A stretch of DNA of 64,000 bases from the human T2T-CHM13v2.0 reference genome, Homo sapiens: positions 15,936,001 to 16,000,000 of the forward strand of contig CP068257.2 in NCBI GenBank assembly GCA_009914755.4. Reading direction: 5' to 3'. Shown here piece after piece: positions 28,615 to 40,865 of the stretch. The notes under the pieces are model-generated. The model did no database searches. It saw only the letters and a list, made by a program, of their open reading frames with translations, and was not told the origin of the DNA. Each line of letters starts with the position of its first letter. Position 1 is the stretch's first letter. A program made the position numbers and the translations under genes.

Positions 28615-29385
28615 AAAGTTCGGCAGTTCCTAGAAAGGTTAAACACAGAGTTATCATATGACACGGCCAATTCTACTTCTATTTGCCCAAGAGAAATGAA
28701 AACATATGTCCACACCAAAACCTTGTACAGAAATGCCCATAGCAGTATTCATAATAGCTAAAAAGTGAAAACAATATGTTTACCAACTAAAGAATGGACA
28801 AATACTGTGTTATACACACGTATGGAATATTATTCAGCAATGAAAAGGAATGAGTACTAATACAAGCTACAATATGGGTGAACCTTGAACACAGAAATGC
28901 CCACAGCAGTATTCATAATAGCTAAAAAGTAAAAACAATCTATATGTTTACCAATTAAGGAATGGACAAATACTGTGGTATATACATGTAATGGAATATT
29001 ATTCAGCAGTTAAAACGAATGAGTACTAATATAAGCTACAACATGGGTGAACCTTGAATACATCACACTAAGGGAAAGAAGCCAGTCACAAATGACCACA
29101 TATTGTACGATTCCATTGATATGAAATATCCAGAATAAGCAAATCTATATAGACAGAAGACAGATTAGTGGCCTACGGGGAAGTGGGAAACCAAGAAAAG
29201 GAGCATTGCTAATAAGTACAGGGTTACTTTTTGAGGTGATAAAAATATTTACTAAATTTCACTATAGTAATGGTTGTACAACTTTGTGAATATACTAAAA
29301 CCATTGAACTGTACATTTTAAATGGGCGAATTGCATGGTATATAAATTAAATCCCAAAACTGTTCTACATAAAAAATTTCAGCAT
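28615..29385 (+). mobile_element. L1M-family 3' end (ORF2 end plus 3'UTR) carrying an internal tandem duplication (28731-28893 and 28894-29056)
   Basis: Sense L1 text is present (ccaagagaaatgaaaacatatgtccacac..., ...tactaaaaccattgaactgtacattttaaatgggcgaattgcatggtat). Two ~163-bp copies, roughly 90% identical, both begin aaatgccca.agcagtattcataatagctaaaaagt. Confidence 0.8.
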
Positions 29386-30689
29386 TGACTTTCCGAAAGT
29401 ACTCTTTCAGGAAGAGAGATACATTTATCCACAAGTTAAGAGACACAAAAACTAGTGGATCTATCAGGACATATTTAAGAAATGGAAATTCAGGTCACCC
29501 GCAGAAAAACAAACTAAAAGAAATAATCAGAGATTTAGCTACATTTTGGATTGCCTCAAAGGACTTTAAAAATGGTATATCTGATTTATCATTGATTAAT
29601 CCTTAAGGGCAAACCCTTGTCCTAAGATTGTTTTGATGTATGTTGTCTCTACTCAGTGAGCTCATTCATCTGGCTGCTGTAACCTGGAGTTATTAAGATG
29701 CTGCCTTTAGTAAGCAACATCACCTTTTTGGGAGCCAATTACGTATTAAAAACATACAGCCTCTGCTATGTTTAGCATAAAAACAACTAACCTAGCAGTA
29801 GTTTGTGTTCCCACATTTCCAAAAAAATAAAGCTGATTGTTAGCTTTCTTTTCTCAAACTGCTCTTTCAGTCTCTCTTCAGAATATGACTCCTTTATTCC
29901 AAGTGCAAATTCAAACAAGGAACCTCACTGTGAAATAAATTCTACACAGTTATCTGAGAGGTGTGCTGGCAGCCGCAGATAGCCTGATGGAGGGGAAGGC
30001 ACACAAATCTTCCTCCCAGAACCCTAGAATGAGAAATTCACCTTCTACAGCCAGCTAGCAGGCACCGGGCATGGGTCCACACACGAGTGTACACGTATAC
30101 ATAACCCCAGCCCACCACGACTGCTGTGCAGCCTCCTCCTGAAAAATGTAAGCCATTTCCACTTTGTAAAGCTACGTTTATATTCCACCACGATACGATG
30201 GAAAAGAAAACCCAAGGCAATTTAATATACGGGTTGGGAAGAAAGTTTTGCTGATGGAACTACATTAGCCTCCACTCCAGCAAAGCAAACAAGGAACCAC
30301 ACTAAAGAAATGTACTGAATCTTTTAACTAGATCTTTCTCCTCATTCATTACATTTGCCAACTATGTGCCACATATCTGAGTTCTGGATTTGTTTCTGTT
30401 TGCTCTGCTTCATATAAAAAAATAGAAAAGAAGGAAAGAACCACTTAGTGGTTGCTTTTGGTTGTAACACAAGATGACTCATTTGGACTTTTGTTTTCCC
30501 CGTTTGAAGAAATGATAGCTCGAACAGCTGAAAAATAAGCCCACTCCCACCAGTATTCTAGGAGTACCAAAAGGTGAAAGAGGGAGAGTTACAGTCAGGG
30601 CAAGAACCACCAGAGGCAAGCAGGGCCAAGAAGACCTCAGGCGTCTTGAGTAAGTAGGCGTCCTCCACCCACACTCAGAGCAAAAGGCT

Positions 30690-32480
30690 CCCATTTTAAA
30701 TATCGCACGGTGACGTCATCCTGGGACCTCGTCACCGCGGCGGCTGCTCCTCAAGTTCTACTTTGTTCCACAAGGCTCCTCTGCTCACGGCTGCGTGGAT
30801 AAAACCCAAAGGGAATCCAGAATCAAGCTCGGCCTCGCAGGAGTTTATAACTTTTGTACTTTTCCCTCCCTTGTAACGAAAAGCTAATCGCAAACGTTTC
30901 TAGGAACACATTTTTCTCCTGATAGACGTTCCCAAGGTGGAGGGCGCGAGAAGACTGGCCCGTGGGGTGAGGAGCCCCGGCCCGACCTCAGCGGCGCCAC
31001 AAAGCCATGAAGAGGGGAAATAATTTTCCAAGGGGCTAAGAGTTGGACTTTCTGAAGCCATCGAAACCTGCTGCTAGGCTCTCCCGCTGGGGTTTTGAGA
31101 GAGGTAGGTGAGGAGGGATCAAACATCTCCACCCGCTCTTGAAAGAACCGCCTTGAGCTGCGCCCAACTTCTGCAATCCCGGTTTTCCCCAAGTTCAAGG
31201 GGAAGGGCCCTGGCGCCCAATGCCCAGCCTCCCCGACAACATCCTCGCCAGGGTGCGCCTGCCCCGCGGGTCCGCTGTCCCCGGCGGGCGGCCCTGGGTT
31301 CGAGGACCCGGCTTCCCGGAGGCGCGACTCTCCAGCAAACAAGCGGAGCTCCAGAAAAAACACCGACGCGAAGGGGGTGGACAGAGGGTGGGAAGCCGCG
31401 GGGTTGTCGCCCACCCGGAGGCGGAATGTAACGCGCTGTGGGAAACGTGGCAGGAGCCCTGAGGCGGCGTCTTTTTCCTCAGGCGCCCGCCGAGGGTCCC
31501 GCGGAAAGCCTCGCGGGCCGCCCTCGCGGCCCGCAGCCCCGCTCTGGCGCCGAGCCGGAGCCCATGCAACCTGGTTCCATCCCCTGCCCCTCCCCTGTCC
31601 CCGGTGCGCCGCCCGCCAGCGAGCCTTCGACGTGGCCGCAGGGGCGACGGGACCACCCTCCCCCGATACCCACAGCCCCGCCATGTCTGCCTTTCCCCGG
31701 CCCGGTCTCCTCACCGCCGCTGCCGCCGCCGCTCTTCGGCCGGAGATTCGGCGGCCCAGACCGTGTCCTGGCCGGGAACTGAGGGCTCCGCCTCAACGGG
31801 CCCGCGCTGGGCAACAGGGAGCGCAGCGAGCCTCGTCCGGCGCGTGCGGCTCCCGCGTCGTCGGGCGGCCAAGCGCGCGTTGAGAGGACTGGCGGGCGGA
31901 CGAGCGCGCACACGAGTGAGCGCAGCCCCAAAGCGGCGCGCAGGGGGCTCGCGGCCCGGAAGAGGGGAGGGGCGATGACCCGGGAAAGGGTTGGCGCGCG
32001 CGGGATCGGCTCGCGCGCCTGAGGGGCGGTGCCGGGGGCGGGGCTTCGCCGCGAGGCCACCCCCGAGCCCCGGGCCTAGCCGCACGGGAGGCGACACACC
32101 CTCGCCCTACCCTGAGCCTGGCGCAGACCCTCGACCGCGACGGCGCGGTCCGCAGAACCGCGGGCTTCCCTCCCCGGCAAAAAGCGGCGCTGAAGGCCTG
32201 TGGGACCCCCGCCCGGCCGCCCTACGTGCGTCAGCGCCTTCGGGGGTCGCGCGGGCTTGGTCCTTTCGGCTGTCTCGGCCTTTTTGTTTCCCCCTCAGGT
32301 CTCTCCACGCTGCACTTGACACCCTCAGGGCGGAATGGCGAGTTCTAGACCCAGCTCTCTAGACCCGGGGCTTCATGGGGGACACGGACTCGACGGGAAG
32401 GGGAACTTGGCATTTATGGACAGATCCTCATCCTTCTTGCTGTAGTCAATTACACGCACGTTAACCGTGCAGCCGCCCTG
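30690..32480. promoter_or_regulatory. CpG island (GC-rich and CpG-rich, likely promoter, possibly bidirectional)
   Basis: GC content and CpG density rise abruptly. Within it are GC-boxes GGGGCGG / GGGGGCGGGG at 32023-32045, an E2F-like TTGGCGCGC at 31991-31999, a short (GCC)n at 31713-31735, and a G-run cluster at 31964-31990. Confidence 0.85.
30694..30718 (-). promoter_or_regulatory. CRE (TGACGTCA, 30711-30718) 8 bp upstream of a TATA-like box (TATTTAAAA, 30694-30702) on the minus strand; predicted TSS ~30665-30672 (minus)
   Basis: Perfect palindromic cAMP-response element (CRE, TGACGTCA). Minus-strand order is gATGACGTCAccgtgcgaTATTTAAAAtgggagcc, the classic CRE-TATA arrangement seen in the somatostatin promoter and in CREM targets. 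Confidence 0.5.
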
Positions 32481-33478
32481 CTGTATTTTAGGCGGTTGTT
32501 GGCACTCCTAGTTGGGCCCTTCCCTGGCCCCTCACAGCAGGGCCTGCCTCCTGTGGACGCTTGTGTGCTGCCCTGGCACCGGCCACTGTGTTTTGCATAA
32601 AGGAGAGGCTCCAAAGATGTTGGCCAAAGGAATGAAGCCTTGAGAGTCCAGGCTTTCTATTTCTGAGACACTCTACTCAAGGACTTCCCAGATGCAAAGC
32701 TTCATCTTTGAGCAAATACAAATATGGAGAGGGAACATTAACTTTCTGAAGAAAAGAAGGAACATCTTTTCAACCTTTTATATTGAGTTAACACCATGGT
32801 CTTAGTTTTGTGAAAGCACTTTAATACATCCAACTAGCGGGAGGAATACAAGATATTCCTACCTTTTTATTATTATTATTAAAAGAGGGCTAAACCATGT
32901 TGTAAACTACTTAAGAACTGAATGTTCAAGTTGTACAGTATATTGGCCAGATTCCTTACTGCCCACTAGGCTTGGGAGCATGTTTTCAGCTCAGTTTTAT
33001 GAATGTTTTAAATTTGTATTACTGATCTTTGTTATAGCCAATTAGCAATTCAAAATGGTAATTTTTTTAGCAGTAATAAATATACCATCCCCCAAACAGT
33101 ACAATAAACTTTATTTGTAAAAAAAAAAAAATTATACTCTTCTAGGACTTAGTCTACTTACTGGTACATTTAAAGAGGATATTTACACCTTGGAGTCTTC
33201 TAGGAGGTGTGAAGGTGTTTTTATTTTAAAATCATAACAATCTGATGAGGTTATTTTTACAGATAAAGGCCTTTAATTCTGCAGTTTCATAAAATAGCTA
33301 GGTAACCACCCACATTACTCAAAATTTGTCCAGAAATTTCTATAGTTTAGGATTAGTATTTTGTGTAGTATTTATAAATCTGTGGTCCACATTTTCCAGT
33401 CTTAGAGCAGTACCATATTCAAAAAATACAGGCAAGAACCTGAAACCCAATTTCAAAATGACTTTTAAAAAATTCTCA

Positions 33479-33775
33479 GGCTGGGCACTGTAGCTCATGC
33501 CTGTAATCCAGTACTTTGGGAGGTCAAGGAGAGAGGATCATTTGACTCCAGGAGTTCAAGACCAACCTGGCCAACATCATGAAACCCAATCTCTACAAAA
33601 AATACACAAATTAGCCAGGTGTGGTTGCATGCAGCTGTAGTCTCAGATACTCTGAAGGCTGGGGTGAGAGGATCACCTGAGCCCAGGAAATTGAGGCTGC
33701 AGTGAGCTATGATAACATCATGGCACTCCAGCCTGGGTGACAGAGCAAGACTCTGTCTAAAAAAAGAAAAAAAAA
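33479..33775 (+). mobile_element. Alu (AluJ-like) with target-site duplication AAAAATTCTCA
   Basis: Starts ggctgggcactgtagctcatgcctgtaatccagtactttgggagg. The flanks aaaaattctcagg and aaaaattctcatag are direct repeats. Confidence 0.9.
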
Positions 33776-34049
33776 TTCTCATAGCTGAACACTGTGAAAT
33801 AGACACATAGCAAACAATGTCTCTTAAACACTTTTTCTCTCATCCACTTCCCTTGCACACACAGTATTTGTTTTTATGTCTCTTTCAAAACTTGCCCTAC
33901 TCTTGTGTGCTTCAGATGCTTTGCCCCAGCTCTCTTTCCTTGTGAGTTGGAATCACAAAATCACAAATGAATTGGTATGGCAAGGCAGAGCCCTCCTCTT
34001 TATGGGACTGAAAGAGGAGAGCTGCTATAAACTAAATGTTTGTGTCCCT

Positions 34050-34370
34050 CGCAATATTCGTATGTTGGAGACTAAATCCCCAATGTGATGGTATTTGGAG
34101 GTGGGGCCTTTGGGAGACACTTAGGTCATGAGGGTGGAACCTTCATGAATGGAATTAGTGCCCTTGTAAGTGGAAACATGAGAGAGATGATCACTCTGTC
34201 TGCTCTCTTGCCAAGTGAGGATATAGGGAGAAGACAGCAAACCAGAAAGCATACCTTCACCAGACACTGGATCTGCTGGTACCTTGATCTTTAACTTCCC
34301 TACCTCCAAACTGTGAGAAATTTCTGTTGTTTAAGCCACACAGTCTATAGTATTCTGTTATAGCATCCTG
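34050..34370 (+). mobile_element. ERVL-MaLR solitary LTR (MLT1-type)
   Basis: Matches ..ccaatgtgatggtatttggaggtggggcctttgggag...catgagggtggaaccttcatgaatgg.attagtgcccttgtaag...cagaactgtgagaaatttctgttgtttaagccacacagtctat. Confidence 0.7.
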
Positions 34371-34957
34371 GAATAAGACAGGAGCAGAGCTGATGTAAAT
34401 AATTACAGTAGTTCCCCCTTATCCACGGTAGGATATGTTCCAGGATCCCCAGTGGATGTCTGAAACTGCACATGGTACCAAACCCTATGTATAATTTATA
34501 AATTAGGAACAGTAAGAGATTAACAATAATTATAATAACAGAACAATTATTATAGTACACTGTAATAAAAGTTATGTGAATGTATGCTCGCTCTCTCTCA
34601 AAATATCTTATTGTACTGTACCACTGGTAACTAAAACTGGTGAAAATGAAACCAGGGATAAGAGGGAACTACTATACTCATTAATATGTATTTCCATTTC
34701 ACAGCTAACTTTAAGATATTCACTTCTATTGTGTGTTAATGGTGTAGTTTGCTTTTAGCACAAGTGGTTTCTTATGAAAATGAGCCACTCTAATATGTCT
34801 AGGGCTTTATAATCACAGGAATCATCACACACATCCTGTGGTTGTGTCTCAGAGTTGCAGAGAATGCAACTTAGAATCAACAAAATCTGTGAAATAGCTT
34901 TCAAAATTAGGACTTATTTTCACTAAATATGTGAGTCTTTAAAATCCTTTGAACTCA

Positions 34958-35596
<639 letters not shown>

Positions 35597-35661
35597 AAAA
35601 CAGTCACTTTTATAATGGACATGGAGGATTTTGTGTTATGTTAGTTGCATTAGCTATGTAG

Positions 35662-35718
35662 AGAAACTGGTATGTAACATAGAGGATGTTACGTTACATA
35701 GCATATGTTACATTATGC
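35662..35718. repeat. Palindrome cluster: four inverted TGTAACAT/ATGTTACA motifs, including a perfect 13-bp inverted repeat (35683-35695 / 35704-35716) with an 8-bp spacer
   Basis: The sequence gttacatagcata-tgttacat-tatgctatgtaac is directly visible. Confidence 0.8.
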
Positions 35719-37084
35719 TATGTAACATCAAGGAAAAGTGTGTGCAGCCTTCTGGGGCCTTTGGAGGTCCAGCAAGTAAGATCTGAGACTATAATTTTAA
35801 GAACACTTCAACACATTTCTTCAAAAATTTCCAGAACTTAGCCATGTAACTAAATTAAAAAAGACTAAATCTACTTCTCTTGCATTAGCTTCTTAAATAT
35901 CCATAAAGCAGCAGTGATTAAAGTATAAGCATAAAGAAAATTTGCAATCTTCATTATTTTCTCCGTTACATCATGCCATAAAACTGACTTCCAAAAGTCA
36001 AAACACAAACTCTCTTGATGAATGAGGCAATGGAAACTGGGCACACCAACCTCCTATTTTGAGTTGCATTAACTGTGGAAACTTTCCTCCCTACCTCAAA
36101 GAGGCCTCAAACTTGGCTCATCTTTTTCAGAAGAAAATGCTTTGATCAAACTTTTCATATTATTGTTTGGTAATTGGTTAGGATTTATGTGAACTAGGTT
36201 AGGGTGATGTATAAGTTATGACACTCAAGTGGGCCAGACACTCTATGCTTAGGTAGAACTTCATATTGGAAATCCCTGGAGTAAAATTTCCCAGCTTGGC
36301 AGGAGAGGTGCCATTATTGTTGTTGTTGTTGTTGTTGTTTGGCAATACTCTCCTATTCTCCATGCCAGCAGAGAAACTGACTTTTATTAGTGAGTAATGC
36401 ATAAACTCCTATCTTTATTTTAGTATATGTGCTGCCGAAGCGAGCACAACTCCTATCTTTATTTTAGTGCAACAAAATTAAGAATATAATAAGAATATAG
36501 GTATTCCGGCATACCTCGGAGATATTGCGAGTTCAGTTCCAAACCACCACAATTAAGTGAATATTGCAATAATGCAAGTCACACACTTTTTGATTTCCTG
36601 TGCCTATTAAAGTTATGTTTACACTATTTGTAGTCTATTAAGTGTGCAGTAGCATTGTGTCTAAAAAGTACTTAATTAAAAAATATTTTATTGCCAAAAA
36701 TGCTAATGATCATCTGAGCCTTCAGGGAGTCCTAATCTCTCTGCTGGTTGAGGTCTTGCCTCGATGCTGGTGACTGCTAACTGATCAGTGTGGCGGGTGA
36801 TGAAGGTCGGGGTGGCTGTGGCAATTAAAAAAAATAAGACAGTAATAAAGTTTGCTCCATTGATTGACTCTCCTTTTCATGAAAGATTTCTCTGGTAGCT
36901 TGTGATGTTGTTTGGTAGCATTTTACTCACCGTAGAACTTCTTTCAAAATGCAAGTCCATCTTCTCAAACCCTGCTGCTGCTTTATCACTAAGTTTATGT
37001 AATATTCTAAATTCTATGTTGTCATTTCAACAATGTTCGTAGCATCTTCACTAAGAGTAGATTTTATCTCAAAACACCATTTTG

Positions 37085-37207
37085 TAGCCAGGCACCGTGG
37101 CTCACACCTGTAATCCTAGCAACTTGGGAGGGATTGCTTGAGTCCAAGGAGTTAAAGGCTGCAGTAAGCCTTGATCGCAGCACTGCACTTCAGCCTGGGC
37201 AACAGGA
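37085..37207 (+). mobile_element. Alu fragment nested in Tigger1
   Basis: Matches agccaggcaccgtggctcacacctgtaatcctagcaacttgggagg...gcactgcacttcagcctgggcaacagga. Confidence 0.8.
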
Positions 37208-37554
37208 GACACTCCTCATTCATTCAAATTTTATCATTAAATTACAGCAATTCAGCCACATCTTCAGGGTCCACTTCTAATTCTAATTCTCTTGCTATTT
37301 CTACCCCATCTGCAGTTACTTCCTCCACTGAATTCTTGAATCCCTCAAAGTCATTCATGATAGTTGGAATCGGCTTCTTCCAAACTTCTATTAATGTTGA
37401 TATTTTACCTTTCTCCTGTGAATTGCGAATGTTTCTAATGGCATCTACAATAGTAAATCCTTTCCCTAGGTTTTCAATTTACTTCGCTCAGAGCCATCAG
37501 AGAAATCACTACCTATGGCAGCTATAGCCTTATAAATATATTTCTTTTTCTTTT

Positions 37555-37850
37555 CTTTTTTTTTGGAGGCGGGGATGGAATCTTGCTCTGTCGCCCAGGC
37601 TGGAGTGCAATGACACAATCTTGGCTCACTGCAACCTTTGCCTCCTGGTTAAAGCAATTCTCTGGCCTCAGCCTCCCAAGTAGCTGGGATTACAGGCATG
37701 CACCACCACGCCCGGCTAATTTTTGTATTTTTAGAAGAGACAGGGTTTCACCATGTTAGCCAGGCTGGTCTCAAACTCCTGACTTCATGATCCACCCGCC
37801 TTGGCCTCACAAAGTGCTAGGATTACAAGCATGAGCCACCACTCCTGGCC
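37555..37850 (-). mobile_element. Alu (AluS-like) nested in Tigger1
   Basis: Runs from poly-T through ggaggcggggatggaatcttgctctgtcgcccaggctggagtgcaatg...caagcatgagccaccactcctggcc. Confidence 0.9.
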
Positions 37851-38249
37851 ATGAATGTATTTCTTAAATAATAAGACTTGAAATTCTAACTTATCCCTTG
37901 ATCCATGGGCTGCACAATAGATGTTGTGTTAGAGGGCATGAAACAACACTAATCTCCTTGTAGATATCCATCAGAGCTCTTGGGTGACTAGGTAAATTGT
38001 CAATGAGCAGTAATATTTTAAGAGGAATATTTTTTTCTGAGCAATAAGTCACTTAAGTAGGCTTACAATATTCAGTAAACCATGCTGTAAACAGATGTGC
38101 TGTCATCTAGGCTTTGTTGTTTTATTTCTAGAACATAAGCAGAGAAGATTTGGCATAATTCTTAAGGGCCCTAGGGTTTTCAGAATGGTAAATGACCACT
38201 GACTTCAACTTAAAGTCACCAGCTGCATTATCCCCTATTAAGAGAGTTA

Positions 38250-38626
38250 GCCAGGCTGGGCGCAATGCCTCAAGCCTGTAATCCCAACACTTTGGAAAGT
38301 TGAGGTGGGTGGATCATGTAAAACCAGGAGTTCAAGACCCACATGGCGTTCAAGGAGTTCAAGACCAGGAGTTCAAGACCAACAGGAGTTCATGGCTAAC
38401 ATGGCAAAACCCTGTCTCTACTAAAAATACAAAATACAAAATTAAAATACAAAATTTAGCTGGGCATGGTGATGCATGCCTGTAATCCCAGCTACACAGG
38501 GGGCTGAGGCAGGAGAATCGCTTGAGCCTGGGAGGCAGAGGTTTCAGTGAGCCAAGATGGTGCCATTGTACTCCAGTCTGGCAGCCTGGGCATCAGAGCA
38601 AGGCTCTGTTTCAAAAAAAAAAAAAA
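38250..38626 (+). mobile_element. Alu nested in Tigger1, with internal reiteration of ggagttcaagacc
   Basis: Starts gccaggctgggcgcaatgcctcaagcctgtaatcccaacactttgg. The motif caggagttcaagacc is repeated 4 times, and the element ends with poly-A. Confidence 0.85.
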
Positions 38627-39771
38627 GAGAGAGATTCAGGCTATACTTTGAAGATCTGAAGTGAGGCATTGACTTCTCTCCAGTTATGAAGGCCTAGATG
38701 GCGTCTGCTTCCATTATAAGGTTGCTTTGTCTCCATTGAAAATCTGCTGTTTAGTGTAGTCACCTTCAACCATGTTCTTAGCTAGATCTTCTGGATAAAT
38801 TGCTTCAGTTTCTCTATCAGCATTTACTGCTTCGCCTTGCACTTTTATGTTATGGAGATGGCTTTTTTCCATAAACCTCATGGACCAACCTCTGATAGCT
38901 TCCAACTTTTCATCTGCAACTGCCTCACCTCTCTCAGCCTTGGTAGAATTGAAGAGAGTTAGGGGCTTGCTCTGGATTAGGCTTTGGCATAAGGGAATGT
39001 TGTGGCTGGTTTGATCTTCCATCCAGAGACTAAAACTTTCTCCATATCAGCAATATCATGCTATCTTATCATTCATGTATTCCCTGGAGCAGCACTTTTA
39101 ATTTCCTTCAAGAACTTTTCTTTTGTATTCACAACTTGGCTGACGAGTTGGCACAAGAGCCCTACCTTTCAGCCTGTCTCGACTGACTTTTGCCATCCAC
39201 GCTAAACTTAATCATCTCTAGCTCTTGATTTAAAATGAGAGATGTGTGACTCTTTTTTTCACTTGAACATTTGGAGGCCATTGTAGGGTTATTAATTGGC
39301 CTAATTTCAATGTTGTTGTGTCTCAGAAATGGAGAAGCCCAAGGAGAGAGAGACAGTGGAATGGCAAAGGTCAGTAGAGCAGTCAGAACACATGTAACAT
39401 TTATCTATTAAGTTAACTGTCTTGTATGGGTGTGGTTCATGGCACCTCATAACAATCAAAATAGTAACATCAAAGATCACTGATCACAAATCACCTTAAC
39501 AGATATATTAATTTTGAAAAAGTTTGAAGTATTGTGAGAATTACCAAAATGTGACACAGAGACACAAAGTGATCACAAGCTGTTGGAAAAATGATGCTTA
39601 AACACTTGCTTGACACAAGATTGCCAAAATCTTCAATTTGTAAAAAAACATGCAATATCTGCAAGTTCCAGTTAAGTGAAGGGCAATAAAGCTAGATATG
39701 CCAGCATTCAATTAGCAAAAGGTTCAGAAATAACGTAAAAAAAAAACTGCTTGAAATACAACTTTATTAAT

Positions 39772-40204
39772 CAGGGTCCTCTAGAGTCAGAACCAATAGG
39801 AGGCACAGAGAGAAAATAAATAAATAATTTTAAAAGAAAAAAGACAGAGAGGAGAGATTTATTTTAAACAATTGGCTCATGCAACTGTGGGAGCTAGCAA
39901 GTTCGAAATCTACAGGGCAAGCTGGCAGGCTGGTAACTCAGGCAAGAGTTGAAGTTATAGTCTTAAACCCAAAATCCACTGGCAAGATTTTTATGTTATG
40001 GTTTTGAGGCAGAATTTCTTCTCTAAAAAACCTCAGTTTTTGCTCTTAAAATGTTCAAATGATTGATATCCACCCACATTATTCAGGATAATCTTCTTTA
40101 CTTAAAGTCAACTGAGTATAAATATTAAGCACATTCACATCTAGCAATCTGGATGTGGGCACCATAGCTTAGCCAAGTTGACGCATACAATCAACCATCA
40201 CAAC
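39772..40204 (+). mobile_element. Ancient interspersed repeat (family uncertain), same family as 47225-48083
   Basis: Starts cagggtcctctagagtcagaaccaatagg...gatttattttaaacaattggctcatgcaactgtggg and ends ..agccaagttgacgcatacaatcaaccatcacaa. Confidence 0.6.
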
Positions 40205-40574
40205 AACCTTCATTCAATAGCATTTTCTTACAGGCATGATGATAAATAGGTTTTAAAACATAAATCCCCTAGTGAACCACATAAAGCATGCTTTTATTAA
40301 GAAAACAAATTACCTTGCTTTTATTTTTCTTTGCTCTTTTCAGTCAGTTGTGTGGTAGTGAGGATGGGGTGGGGACGGGGGAAGGAGGATTGGATGTCTG
40401 TTTTCAGGAGCATCTGCAGCATAACCATGTCAAATATTTGTGCTAGAGCATTGGGAACAGTGCACACATTAGAAAGGATCAAAAGGAAATAATAAATTGC
40501 TCACAATACAGTCAAAGATACTGCTATAAATTAATGTGACCCCTGCAAAATTCAGGTGTTGCTGATGCTATCAA

Positions 40575-40865
40575 CAGTACCAAGAGATGGGACCTTTAGA
40601 AGGTAATTAGGCCATGAGGGCTCCTCTCTCATGAACAGGATTAGGTGCCTTTATAAAAGGGCTTGATGGAGGCTCTTCATCCCACTTGCCTTCAGCCATG
40701 TGAGGACACATCCTTCCTCTTCTCTAGAGGACGCATCTCTCACCAGATAATAGAACCTGCTGGCAACTTGATCTTGGCCTTCCCAGTCTCCAGAACTGTG
40801 AGAAATAAATTTCTGTTATTCATAAATTACCCAGTTCCAAGTATTTTGTTGTAGCAGCACAAACA
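40575..40865 (+). mobile_element. ERVL-MaLR solitary LTR (MLT1-type)
   Basis: Matches gggacctttagaaggtaattaggccatgagggctcctctctcatgaacaggattag..gccatgtgaggacacatcc...tccagaactgtgagaaataaatttctgtt. Confidence 0.7.

Larger units (their letters stand above)
36506..39704 (-). mobile_element. Tigger1 (pogo/Tc1-mariner superfamily DNA transposon), near full length, with three nested Alu insertions
   Basis: The ends match the Tigger1 terminal inverted repeat (ccggcatacctcggagatattgcgagttcagttccaaaccaccacaat...). Minus-strand ORF 38714-39022 is a CENP-B/pogo-like transposase fragment (..[52 protein letters not shown]). Element orientation is inferred from the transposase strand. Confidence 0.8.

Noticed and set aside
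30884-32362. A pile of long overlapping ORFs (up to 276 aa) on both strands in the ORF track.
   Set aside because: They all lie inside the CpG island, where about 75% GC removes stop codons in every frame. They overlap each other on both strands and are Arg/Pro/Gly/Ala-dominated. They are compositional artefacts, not genes.
32290-32460. Acceptor-like ..ctttttgtttccccctcag| followed by ATGGCGAGTTCTAGACCC.. with a good Kozak (plus strand).
   Set aside because: The ORF is only 37 codons before a stop, and no downstream donor keeps it open. It probably lies in the 5'UTR or an intron of the plus-strand transcript. It is not supportable as a CDS.
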